A stretch of DNA of 64,000 nt from Hormiphora californensis (lineage: Eukaryota > Animalia > Ctenophora), in contig CM035358.1 in assembly GCA_020137815.1 (NCBI GenBank), forward strand, positions 1,612,001-1,676,000, read 5' to 3'. Position numbers and translations under genes: made by a program. Below, in pieces: positions 1 to 13,267 of the stretch; positions within the stretch are counted from its first letter, which is position 1, and the number at the start of each line of letters is the position of its first letter. The notes under the pieces were generated by a model, which saw only the letters and a list, made by a program, of their open reading frames with translations, ran no database searches and was not told the DNA's origin.

Positions 1-473
1 CTATTTCCAGATTTTCATCTTTAATGAAGCATGGGAACATTCTTAGCCAGCGTGTCAAAGAAGCAAAAAAGTAAACCGTTCTCATGGCCAGAAAAAAGCT
101 CCATTTCAAAAATCCTTCTTTGGCCTTATTCACCTTCATATTCTCTTCAAATTCCAAGAATTTAATGTTTCTATCTCAAAAAAAGTGGTCCTGAGGTTAA
201 AAATTTCAACAAAAATTGAAAAAACGCCACTTTGAAAATAGGCTGTAGCAAAAATATGAATTCGACTTTAGGGCTAAAATTGCATATTTGAGGTCCATTT
301 TGTCTGACCTAAACCCTGGTGAAGTCATTTGGTTGGGCACTCGATGATGAAAAACGCCAGGTGTACCCTTAACCCAGCCGGAAGGAGATACCATCTCTAT
401 TGACTAACATCTCCCTTTATTATAAATTGTAATATGTTTCCGCTCCCACTTCACAATCTCGACCCCTTTTCAG

Positions 474-1062
474 AGGGCCGATATTTCATGACTGTGATAT
501 TTTCTGATGATATGGAGTGCCGGGTAACCTATGTGCCAATCAAATACAAATACGATAGACTGCAGGTCGGCTGTCAGGTAATGTACCATTCTGTCAAATG
601 AAGATTAGGAAAATACTAAGCCTTAACTTTGTCTTCTTCGACCCTGTCTCACCACACCCCCAAAAATGTAAAGGAGGGTTAGAACATAACAACCCTAAAT
701 AATCCCTTCAACATTTAGGTGTTGGTGATTGGTAAGGTTGACTTTGATAACGTTCGACTAGGTCCTGGTGCACTACCCATTGTCACGGCAGAACTCATTC
801 AAATGATACCGTGAGTATAATGACAGGAAGAAGGGTCTGTTAGATAGAAGGGGGCTAATTATCAGAAAGATAAGATTTTTTAAATCTTTCTCTCTCTCCT
901 GTCAGAGATGGCGCAATTTCAAATGAAGCCCCGCAACCTGTTGAACCTACCAAGACTGTGATCTACGAGGCGTTAAAGAATATCCTGCTGGAGAGTCTGC
1001 AGACCAGTCCAGCACCGAGGAGCACTGATCCGTGGGAGTTCTTAGAACTGGGAAGGAGTTAA
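474..1062 (+). CDS. 3' part of a small spliced gene, possible OB-fold protein (TEN1/RMI2-like pattern); 5' end not identified
   Basis: Three phase-consistent GT-AG exons (474-577, 719-810, 906-1062) read EGRYFMTVIFSDDMECRVTYVPIKYKYDRLQVGCQ/VLVIGKVDFDNVRLGPGALPIVTAELIQMIP/DGAIS...LELGRS*. The LQVGCQVLVIGKV...IVTAELI pattern resembles OB-fold strands (inference). Confidence 0.55.
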
Positions 1063-1440
1063 ATTACTGTCCTTATATTTTTACTATTACTCACAATTTG
1101 GGCTATTATTTAATTTTTAGCTTTATTTTATTTATTTTTTCAAAAACAGGGGCTGCGGGCAGTTATTTTTAATTGTTGAACACGATAACATTTAATTGGA
1201 GCCTGGAGGTGAACTCTTTATTTTGACAAGTGTTGACAAGCTTAGTATAGATCATAAATGATAACTTTAGCATACATAGCACAGTTTTTCATTGTACTGG
1301 AATTTTAAAGACGATGTATTCATTTTATTGATTATTTCAAAATATTCTTGATACTATAGCACGTGTTTTAACTGATAATTTAACAATATAAACAACGATA
1401 TTGACAATGATTCAAAACACCTAACCCCACTTTCTAGGCG

Positions 1441-4400
1441 ATGGGTGATGTTCCCAGGGTCCGACCCACTGCCACTGTAGCCCCCACCCTATCCTCCTCC
1501 CAACCATCCTCCTCTGGGGCAGCTCCCTCCTCCTCTACCACCACCGTCCCCCGTCCTGGAGCAGCTAGGCCGCAACAAGACCTCACCAGACAGGTACTGT
1601 TTGGTTACAAAATTACCTAGAGGGATAATCCTTACGTAAAAGAATAAAATTGAAAATGAAAACATGAAATTGTTACAATGTTAACCCCACCAGACCCAGC
1701 CGCAACAGCAGGCAAGTCCAGCAGCACATTTAAACATCAACATCAGTGTAAATACCCAGCGATCAGGTCACGGAGGAACACAACAATTCAGATTTCCTGT
1801 CCCATTCAGGAAACACCCCTCAAAGTACGTTCAATTGATTATTAATAACAAAAAAACAGAATTGTGTACTAATTAATTCTTACTCCACTTAGTATGATTG
1901 TGGCTCCAATGTTTCGTACCACCCAATCACATTAGAGTTTTTCAAGGTTCGTAACACACATGATTTCCCCTGTAGTGAGTTTTCAGTGTGTGTAAAACAC
2001 AAGCCGCCAGTGATTGATCTGGATAAGGGAACACTGGACAGCCCTATCTGCCTGGATAGTAGTGATAGTGATGACGGTGACGACCAGAAACCGGTGAGAG
2101 AGGAGAGGAGAGTGAGAGGGATTAGAGGATGAGAGGGATTGAAGAGGAGGGGTTTAGAGATTTAGGATAGAGATTAGAGAAATGATTTAGTAAAGGGGGG
2201 AGACACACTGAAGTTGAGCGCGCTCGTTCAAATCTCAACCTCGCGACACACACTGAAGTTCGAAGTTCGAAGTTTCGCGAAAACCAATTTTCGGCTGAGA
2301 AATCATTTGTAAGATGCTAAATTACTTACCGGTACATTTCTCGAGGTGTCCTTTATCCATACTGAGTCAATTTCACCGTTTTTGAAATTTTTGGCTAATC
2401 CGGTCACAGTTGTCCCAATTCACCAAAAATTTTAAAAACGATGAAATTGACTCGGTATGGATAAAGGACACCTCGAGAAATGTACCGGTAAGTAATTTAG
2501 CATCTTACAAATGATTTCTCAGCCGAAAATGGGGTTTCGCGAAACTTCGAACTTTTCCGCGAAACTTCAAACCGCGAAACTTCAGTGTGTTTCACGCGGT
2601 TGAGAGTTGAACGTGCGCGACCAACATCAGTGTGTCTCCCCCCAAAGATCAGTGATGAAAGTGAGGTTGTGGATGCGTTCAAAGCAAACCTTCGAGAAAG
2701 TGACAGAGAGACCTGGGGAGTCTGTACTCTCTGTAGACTGTAACACAAAACTATTCCTCCCTTTTATATTAGGTCGTGCCCATGCCACCGCAGCGGAGTC
2801 ATAGCAACACGACAGCCAATCAAGGATCCTATCCAGCAGTCCAAACTGATCCAACGTAAGAAATTGTTATCATTTTCTAACTGGTTCTTATTTCAAGTGT
2901 TTCGCCACCATTCAAGAGCCAGTATAAGTACTTTTATAATTTATACTCCAATCCAGTGCAGTATTTTGTATGTCTTTCAGAACGGGCGAGAAAGATGCAA
3001 AAAGGCCCAAGATAGCAGAATCTCAGTTTAGTAACCAGACGCTGTACTACTCAGCCCTACATGGTGATGTAGAGAAGGTAATTTAATCAATAAATTTTTC
3101 AGTGAAATTCTTATTCATCACGTCATGTCCTTTGGGTGTTTTAACACTAGGATGTTTAAAATCAGACATATATTTAAACGTCATGACGATAATATTGACA
3201 GTTTTGCCACTTGGTGTGTTTTGACTTATAAGATACAACACGATTTTTTTTTTCGTGTCTTCTCCGCATTAACATTTGTCACTCCCTGTACACACATGTA
3301 TTCTGGCCATGTATGTGCCATGGTTTGACAGATATTAAACTTCACACAACACGACTTCCCACACCCAGTACCCAGTAACACCCAGTACCCATATATGTAT
3401 ACTTGGTGGCTGGACGCTGGTGCTACATGTAACTGGATACATTATGTTTAAAAACCCCCGTTCCCAGGTAGCTGAGATTCTGCGGGCTAATCCGACCAAG
3501 ATGAATTTCAGGGTCACCGACAGTGGGATGACTGCATTTCATGCAGCAGTGGAGGGTGGCAAGATCGAAGTGCTGCAGGTGAGAGAATAGATGTATGTTT
3601 TGCAGTGTTTTTTGCACGTCCACGTGCTCAGTGCTGTTCCAACCTTGAGGGGCCATGGTTACACCATTACATTACATAATCTCTGAATGCCTGACTCCAC
3701 TCTGATACACGCGAGACCAGCTGGAGGGTCCCCTATATCAACGTGCTATATTTATCTCTCCATAGTACTATCCTCTATTGGATGTGCCAAGCAAAGGTAA
3801 ATTAGTCACGTTAATTAGTATATAGAGCTGGATAAGAAAAATAATGGGTATCACAAAAAACGTGAAATAGTGGTGGTGGTGGTGGTACAGATAGGTTATA
3901 GCGTGCCAAACTCTGCCCGTTAGGGCAGAACGACATTGCAACCTCGTCATAGCGTCTGTCATCGTGTTGTGGTCAGTTGATATCATTGCATTCATATTGT
4001 CAGTCAGTCATTGTACTTGCAAGACACTTACGCAGCCCCCACGGTTAAAGGTCGGTTGCACTCTTCGCATCTCCGCCCCGTGAGGACATTGCAGTTATCT
4101 TGCGAATAAGCAAAAAGACAAGTTAGGGGGCACATTTTCAAGCTTGGGTTGCTGTGCAGGTAGGCCTGTTCGTTTGTTTGTTACGACGACGGTCCGTCGA
4201 GTGGACACTTCTCAAGCTTGGGTCTGGGGTAGTCTGTCTATAGTAGCTCTAATTAAATTATTGATTGGTAAGGTTTACTCCGGAATCATTATCAATGGTA
4301 CACAATAGATGAACAGACAATACAGACAGATGAACTTACAGCTTTTTGATGTATGATTGGTACCGTGATGTTGTTGGTGATCAGATGAGAGGTGTACCAT

Positions 4401-7400
4401 TTCCACTTCCAGTAGAGATCAAGATGAACAAAAATGATCAAATACAAATAAGAGGTGGGACAGATTGTAGCGTCCCTAGAATGTGTACGATGTTCTATAG
4501 GACAAGACGGGTGGGACAGATAAGAACAATTGTGAGTTGTTACACGCGATAAGCGACTTAGTGCACCAAAACACAAGGATTGAGCAATATTATGGACGTG
4601 ACCTGAGTACAAGAAAACGAGCAGGTATTGAGTGCGTTAGAGATCAGATATTAGAGGTACTGTGTTGAAAGATACAGGAAAGGAGCACTATTTGACAGAA
4701 TGACTGAACCAGACTAGGCGATGCGGTTGTAAATTGATAGATTTAGGATTAAAGAGAGACTTAGACGGGTGTATGTCAGTGTAACAGAGCATTCAAAATG
4801 AAACAAATATGAAACTGCAAATGTTTGAACTCAACGTGAAATAGTGTTGTTATTGCTGGTTTGGCAGTGAAAATATACAGAAGGCCCTGAATTTATGCAG
4901 ATATTTCACTGTCCCAGTACATTTAGTTAGATAATGTTTAAGACTCTATACTGGATTTCCTTACTAGCTATGTTTTAACTTTTAACCTTCCTTCACGGGG
5001 CTTGGTGAGAGCAAGGCAAAACAATCCTCGGTATTTTACCAAAACATAACTATTCATAACTACCATTTCAGGAGTTAACAAGACATATAGGACCGGGGAC
5101 ATTAACGCTGGAAGTTCCTGATAAAAAACAGCAAACTCCACTTTTTTATGCCGTTAAAAATGAACGAATTGCATGCCTTCAGTTTCTTTTGAAACATGTA
5201 AGTTGCTTTGTGTTTCTTACTTTTCAGCTATTATATCCCCTAGTAAGTCTAAACTCCCCATTCCTCACTGTAAACCCAATTACCCCTACAACTACCCAAT
5301 TACCCCTATAACATGTTTTTACTGTCATATCAGGGTGTTAATGTTAACACGAGGGACATGGATTCACGGACAGCCCTGCACTTTGCCTGCGAACAGGGTG
5401 ATCTACTAGCGGTGGAGGTAAGAGAGTGACCACTGACCAGTCACCAGTGACCAATTATTGGAACTGCTGCAAGTCCTCACACTGTACAGTCTGCAGTATT
5501 ACCTGTATAATAGTCTACACTGTATTTGCCCTGGAGAGAGCCCACTCTGTATCATCTCAATAACATATTTCCCACCCCTTTCTAGTTGCTATTAGCAGAC
5601 ACAAGACTCAGTGTTAACGGCCAAGATCTGGAAGGCTGGACGGCTCTTATGTGGGCCTCAGAATACAAGTACCAAGAGGTAGTAAGGAGATTGCTAGCCC
5701 GGGGTGCTAACCCACACTTGCGGGATAAGGAACAAAATACGGCGCTACACTGGGCTGCTTTCAGTGGCAGTGCGGATACTATAAGTCAGTTGTTACATGC
5801 TAAGTGCGAGATAGATGCTCTCAATGAAAGAGGTGAGGGAGAGTTGAAGAAAACAACTATTTAGCAATACTAGAATTAACTATTAAGAGTCAGTGGTCGG
5901 GGAGAGTCGAGAGGCATGACACTCGAATCTCTAGATGAGGGTTAAAGATAGTTTTTAGCATTTAAGAAATTTCAAACCGTCTCACAACTCACTCATCTGA
6001 CATTTCTTCATTTCTCTTCACAAAACAGTTATTTTTAATGTTTCAGGGGACTGTGCGTTGCACGTTGCAGCCCGAATGAACCAAAGTGCTGCTGTTCGGA
6101 CCCTATTAAACCTTGGAGCGAGCATTCGACTACCAAACAAGGCTGGCAAGATGCCCATGGAGGTAAATATTCCCCTTTTTGTTGGTGACAGAGAAATGAA
6201 AACAGAGAGAGTTTGTCCCAACCCATACCTCGGTCACACATTTGAAGTTGTGTTTCTGGAGCGCGCGGGAACCACGGAGAGAGTTATCTCGCGCGCAAGT
6301 TCTCCTCTCCCTCTTTTTTAAGACGCGCACACATATCAATGGCGGAAATAAGAGAGAAGCCAGCCAAAACCCTCCACGTGTTTTGGAAGCAAAGCGTGCT
6401 GTGATCCGATCGTGAATTTCAAACATTATCTCATTCCAGGACACCACACCCGAGTTGGCAAACATGATCTACAAGCTTGAAAAAGAACGGGATTCTAGGA
6501 ATTTTGTTACACCTCGACCCGTTAAAAACCCCGTCTTACACAGGTTAATTAGATAAACCAGATTTGATTAAGTTAATTGTACACCGCACGAAATTCCTGA
6601 AGTTATTGATACAAAACAATAACAATCATGTTGCCATCCCTCAGTGATATCTCGCGGGGAAAAGAGAAGGTTCCCATTCCGTGTATCAATGAGGTTGATG
6701 ATGTACCAGCGCCCCTTGATTTTGTATACGTTAAAGAGAGTTTTGAGAGCTCCTACCTGTGCATTAACAGGAACATGAACTGTATCAAGGTGAGTAACAT
6801 AACGGTGTGAATAGAAATTAAGTTGAACCCTGATTAACCAGGCTGCTCAGGGGACAGGGAAGGGTTTTGGCACAGAGTTGGGATTTGACGGAATGATAAC
6901 AGTGTGTTATTGGGGTACACACACGGCACACATTTTACCGATGATCTATCGCTTCTAAAGTGAAAACTAACACTCCATACTTCTTCAGTCGTGTAACTGT
7001 GAGAGTCAGTGTAGGCCTGGTAAGGAATGCAGTTGTTTCTTCTATACTACAGGCTCTAAATGCATCTACAATAAAGATGGTATGAGTATAACTGCTTCCA
7101 AAATGTGTCGAGTTTACTACGCTAAGTAATGTCGAATAGTAAAACAAACTGAAGATCGATTCCTGTTGTTTTATGTCGAAACTAACATTATGATTCTGTC
7201 CCAGGACGTCTCAATACGGACAAGAGTGATAATTTCAATGACATTGTCATATTCGAGTGTAACCAGAGGTGCAATTGCTGGGTGAATCTGTGCAGAAACA
7301 GGGTGGTGCAAAAAGGAATGGCCAACCCCCTTCAACTCTTCCGGACCGTAGGTTAGTATTATTCGAATTAGCTACCACATTTCTACTAGGAACCGGCCGT

Positions 7401-8452
7401 TCTGTCCCCCTTCCTCCCCTCCTCATATTCTTTAACTTTCTAAACAACGTGTTATATCAGGTAAAGGTTGGGGAGTTAGATGTGCGAAGAAGCTTCCCAA
7501 AGGGTCCTTTATCTGTGAATATCTGGGGGAGATCATATCTGATAGTGATGCTGATAGGAGGCTAAATGATACCTACCTTTTCGATCTGACTGTCGTGGTA
7601 GGTTTCAGGAAATGGCTTTGTTTTACCATATTTTTTAATTTCTCGTGTTTATAAGTTTCTTGATCAAACTTTTAGCCATAAAATCCTGAGCTATCTGCAA
7701 TCAGTTAACAAATAACCACGATATGATTATTTGCTGATACTCGTCCCAGACGTTAAGTTCCACCCACAATATAATTATTTGCCCCTAACTGGTACTCCCT
7801 TCCCAGACGTTAAGTTCCACCCAAGGGGACGACAAGACAGTAGGATCAATTGATGCATGTCACTATGGCAACATATCCCGTTTTATTAACTCTTCCTGTG
7901 AACCTAACTGTGTCCCTGTGAAGGTGAGTAGTGTTTGCAACCATATATATGGACATATGACGTCACTAATTGACCATATTTGGGCATATTACGTCATCGA
8001 CTGGCCAATTGCAATATATACTAGAAGTATAACTGTGTTCCCCTGAAGGTGTTTGTTGATCACCAGGATATGAGGTTCCCCAGAATAGCCTTCTTCACAA
8101 CAAAAGATGTCCCAGCCTATCAAGAAATGACGTGAGTACTGCTAGTCGTCATTGACCTGATCCTATTCTCCAGCCATGTATGACAATAAATGTACCTAAA
8201 TCCATATCCCCCTCCCCCACTAAACTGCAGAGTCGATTACCCCCTACCTAACCCCCAGGTTCTAATACAGTTAACCCCTCACACAAACTGACCACCCATC
8301 CTCCCTACAGGTTCTACTACGGAGACTCGTTCTGGGACGTCAAGAAGGAGGTGCTGAAATGCAGCTGTGGAGCTTCAAACTGTATCGGATCACGGGATGG
8401 TGTTGGCGGGGCTGGGGATCTTTCCGACCACTCTGACGTGGAGATCGATTAG
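1441..8452 (+). CDS. EHMT1/2-like: Ankyrin-repeat pre-SET/SET/post-SET histone lysine methyltransferase, G9a/GLP (EHMT)-like; about 17 exons
   Basis: ATG at 1441 follows a TTTCTAG acceptor, then low-complexity exons. Ankyrin exons include [30 protein letters not shown] and NTALHWA. Pre-SET reads [15 protein letters not shown]...[10 protein letters not shown]...CRNRVVQ. SET reads KGWGVR...[10 protein letters not shown]...DTYLFDL...[15 protein letters not shown]...[10 protein letters not shown]. Post-SET reads CSCGASNC. Stop TAG at 8450-8452. Confidence 0.9.
2195..2643. mobile_element. MITE with terminal inverted repeats and an internal palindrome (PIF/Harbinger-like termini), intronic
   Basis: TIRs GGGGGGAGACACACTGA...TCAGTGTGTCTCCCCCC with AAA on both flanks. 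Internal inverted arms at about 2270-2400 and 2420-2550. Confidence 0.75.
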
Positions 8453-9135
8453 AATATCTAGTTAAATGTAAAGGGACTTTGAAGAAATGAAGGAGAGAGA
8501 GGCAGAAGGATACGCTAATTATTTGGGTTATTGTGAAATTGATGAAACTAACTATTCTACACTATGTTGTTGGGAAAATAGATTTTATATGTTGTTGTTG
8601 GGTTGCTCACAAGAACAGTGTTGTCAGAGCATTGGCCTGACAGGAACAGTGGACAGTGCAATTCCTGACAGAGGTCAATGCCTGACAGCTGAAATGCGAG
8701 TAACAAGAAAGATCTGACGCTTTCTCGAATTATTTGACTTAAACAAGAAATTAAATTACCCTTGTAACCCCGTTACTGTTAGATGAAACTTAGTTCGATA
8801 AACCTCCACATTTCGCAGTGTACTTGCAGAATGTAGAATGTAGAATCTACATTGTAGATATCTCTGATATTATGTAAACTATATTCTAGAAAGTACTTGG
8901 TAACGAAGTTACCCCTCCCTTGCCGGCGCGTGAAGAGTGTGAGGTGTCTTCGATAGCAAAGAAAGTACTGGGTTGTTTGAAACTGGAGGTATCTGAACAT
9001 AGAGGGCCTCAATGAATGATCACTAGCTATAGCTGAGGTGGGAGAGATAAAGACAGCTATTTTTACCTTACTGTTGTGTTATTTTTATCCTATTTATAAT
9101 TGTCAGTAAAATACCGCCGTTTTTATTGTTCATAC

Positions 9136-9679
9136 CAGTTGGTACCATTATATGCAACCCTAGGCACATCTCCCAACTAACATCATTTGGAATTGATGTG
9201 CCTGGGGTCAGGACGAGGTTTGTTTCCTTGGCAGCGGCGGTGAACCAAATTAGGGCGCGAATGCTCTGTCTGGCGGCGCCAGATACCGTTTTGGTTCTCT
9301 GTGGGCTCAAAATCTCAGATGGGGTCGCGGCACCAGACAGGACGTACCCAAGTTTTGGGCACGTCGCGCCCAGACAGGGTTTGGGCATTGCCCAAACCCT
9401 GTCTGGCACCGCCGACCCCATCTGAGCGCAAACCCAAGTTGTCTCCCAATGTGCCAAGAGAAGATTCAGGAATCATGAAGGCAAGGGCGACAACTGTCTC
9501 CCAATGGCACAATTTTAGTATGCGTGATGGTACGAGCTGGTCATTTATCATCTGTCTGGCGCCGCCGACCCCATATGGGCCCATCTGGACGCACTGTTTG
9601 ATTTGAGAATCAAATTAATCGGGGTCTGGCACCGCCAGACAGTTTATTATCAAATAAAACTCAAAAGGTTCACCAACTG
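9136..9679. mobile_element. Non-autonomous DNA element with CAGTTGGT...ACCAACTG termini and internal inverted CTGTCTGGCGCCGC modules
   Basis: Short TIRs and a TA on the right flank. The internal motif (CTGTCTGGCGCCGCGACCCATCTGAGCGCA-like) recurs at about 27160 and, inverted, at about 46520. Confidence 0.55.
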
Positions 9680-10237
9680 TAAAAATATAATTGCAAACCA
9701 CACATGATATGTTAAATATACAGATTTTGAAATAAACAAAAACCTTTTTCAATGTACTGTCAACCACATAATAACCTCAAACTCCTAGTTACCATGGAAA
9801 CCCCCGAAACCTAAAACATGTTCATGTTTTGACAATCTGTATGGATTTTATATACCCCTTGCGGATTCTAACATTATTTGTCCATTCAAAACCTCAGTGC
9901 AAAACCATGTGCAAGCATGTTTATGTATTCATGTTTACATATTAAAAGTATAAACCTAGCCCACGCATGCTAAATGTTCTTGCATCAGAGTGCGAAATGT
10001 AGGGAGTCTGGTCGAGAGCTCCCTTTCATGCTCGCGCTCTACTGCTAAGTATACCTCTCTCACACCCCTTACTCCGGTTTAACACAAACTATAAATCCAC
10101 ACACTCACAACCCGATACAATATATGCTTTTTATGATAAAAAAGCAAAACTTGTTAGCTGTAAACAACCCCTTGACAACAAACAATAAACCAATTAAAAA
10201 AGGCTCTCATCTCCTAAAAAGGCCTGCTATGACAACG

Positions 10238-13043
10238 CTAGCTCGTCTGAACTATGGCAGGAAATGGAAAGTGTTCGTCATTAACATCAGTGCCGTATCC
10301 AAAGAGGAAAAAGTCTTTCTGGTAGAAGGTTATTAGAAAATTAATATCTTCTTTAGATAGTTGGCTGAATAACTCTTTGGTGAGGTCCACCGTAGAGTAG
10401 GTCTTGCCAGCAGTGGATAGCTTGTCAGCATGCAGACTGTCACTCACCACACCAATCTGAAGGGAGAGAGGGGGAGTTAGATGAGGGTGGTACAGTATTA
10501 TTATGTTCTAACACAGTCTAGTAGGGAGAGAGGGTGGTACTGGCGCATTGAACAACAGGATATTATTCTGGTGATGTAACCTATCTAGTCTAAACTTTAG
10601 TAAAGTCTCCACTACTCTAGAACTATCATGGGAGGTGTAGTGGTTGCTAGCTGAGTGGAAGAAGCCTCTTTCACCACCTTACTCAAGAAGTGTAGTAGAA
10701 ATTTACTCAACAAGTAGTGATAGGTTACGTTTTCTTACCTGAGATAACACATAGTTTGTATCACTGTCCATGTACTCAAAGAACCCCACAAAATCATAGT
10801 CCACTTTGCACGGATAACATATCTCCGTCTGGGGCATCCAGTGCCGATCAATCAACCCCGCTTTCATACCCTCTATAAACTCTGGAAACGACACCAAATG
10901 CTCTGCTTTATTCTTTTCAAACTCCGCAACAGCCGCCTTTCCTCCTCTTGACAACTCAATCATCGCCCTACCGTACTTCTTATAAAAACTCTGATTGATC
11001 TTCCCATCGACCAACTGGAACTTGTTCCGCCACGCAGACACAACCCGTGTGAAGGGATGTCTAAAGAAGACGGTGTTGTAATAGTTTGAGTAGGGAGGAC
11101 GATCTGGTGAACCACGGCTCCTGCTTAGATCCACTATATCCTTACTATTGTGAACGTTCTTCATTGCGTTAACTGTCTGTTTGGTTTGTTTGGCACGTTC
11201 CTCAGCAGGCATTCCCAGGACGATGAGAGTTCTCTTCCAGTTGGTAGATCCAACCTGTGACAGGGTGTGGTGAGTAATATATAAGGAGGGAGATTTGGGC
11301 ACGTCGCGCCCCTCATGTTCGCGACCAAGAGGGAGATAGGGTGTGACGGAGTTGTCGGTGAGAGGGAGGAAGATTTGGGTAGATGGTGTTGGATACAAAG
11401 AAATTAGTAGGGTAGATTATGTTTTCAGGTTGGGTCAGTTTGAGATCCAAGGGAGAGTTCAAAAAAGAGTTTATTATTATCTGATAAAACAAATTCATCA
11501 AGAACTGAGCTGGGGATAAAATGGAAGAATAACCAACCTTTGGAACAGTGCACAGGGTAAACTTGAAGTTGTCCACCTTTTTGTTAAAGTAACTGACTGC
11601 AATATGCTGTATCGACATACCATAGTTACTGAGAGGCACCTCCATTACTATCTGGCATTGCTGAAAAGAGAGTCAAGTAAAACAAGGGCTGAACAATAAC
11701 TAAAAAAGGGGTTGGGATTTAGGAACACGATGCAATTTATTTCTCAGTCATTCAGAACGGACTCTAAGCTCAACTATTACTTATAGTACTGTTTCTCAAA
11801 GTAATACAAGGTCGTTTACTCAGAGTAAACGACCTTGTATTACTTTGTATTACTTTGTAATCAGCTCCAGAATCTTGATCCTGTCGAGCGCTTTACCAGC
11901 AATCCCTTTATAAGCAAAGATAGTACTGTTTCTCATCATTTTATAGCGTCGCATATAACTCCGTTCTCTAGTCACCGCGCGCTACATCATCATCCGCCGC
12001 CCCTCTCTGAGCTTGGACTCTGCTCCACAGGGACACACTTCCTATCATGCTACTGCACAGTACAGCAGCACTGTTGTCATTTCTATTTATGAAATAAAAG
12101 GGTATCATGCAGATTGCAGAGTGAAGGAAAATAACAAGCTAGAAATGAAGGATTTGGGGACCAAAGAATTAGCTTTCCCTATTTCCAAGGGTATCTAAAT
12201 TGAGTAAATTCTTAATCCATCCAATGTGATTCTCCCTCATTCGCTCTCAAGTCTCTGTCATACAGTATAAGTCAGACTCATGATCGAATTATGCAGTGAT
12301 CTTTGTAGAATCAATTACCCATCAATATTCCATATTCCAAATAAAGAGACTGCTGGAGAAGAAAGGAATATACTGGGCAATGAAAGATCAAAGAGGGAAA
12401 ACAAAAATGGCCAAGATGAGAATGCAGTGTGAGACGTGTTTACCGCTGAACTGTGTTAATTCTACCTCCTTGCACATATAGATTCTTTTCTTTTACATCT
12501 TTGAAACAAAAGATAATTTCTCTCTTCCCACCCACCTGTGCTCTTCGCTTGTGGTACTCCAGCTGGTCCGTGTGAAGAAGAGGAGAGGAGGGAGCGGTTT
12601 CGTTAGTTTCGCCATGATTATCTGCTGCTACCAGGTCCTCCTCTGTAGCTTGGTGAGATATTGTAGAGGGACGGGGCGAGTATATAGGTACTGGGGTTGT
12701 TGCATCTGAAAGTGAGGGTGGTTAGAGAGGGTTGTATACTGGTGATTTAAAGCATCAAGAGTTTAGCCATTATCAAAGTATTACAAGAATTTTATTACAA
12801 TAGCTCAATAGTCCTGAGTATAATAGCCGCACTACTCAACCCCTATTGTACTGGGTGTCCCACAATCAATCCAGTCAATTCCAGGGACCCTACTTTGGGA
12901 GACTGTATAATAATAAGTATAATAATACTCATAATAAAACATATTATATTTCTTCAATCCTTCAACTTCTTTCAGAGCTCCAACATATATGTGATTGTTG
13001 ATGTGGGTATAATATGCAGACCAAGTTGTTAGAGCAAATGAGA

Positions 13044-13135
<92 letters not shown>

Positions 13136-13187
13136 GAGAGAGAGAGAGAAAAGAAGGAGAAAGAGAGAGAGAGAATGAAGGAGAAAG

Positions 13188-13267
<80 letters not shown>

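Noticed and set aside
3297-4612. Shared MYSGHV peptide in two opposite-strand intronic ORFs
   Set aside because: The match is six residues with diverged DNA and does not extend, so it is most likely chance.
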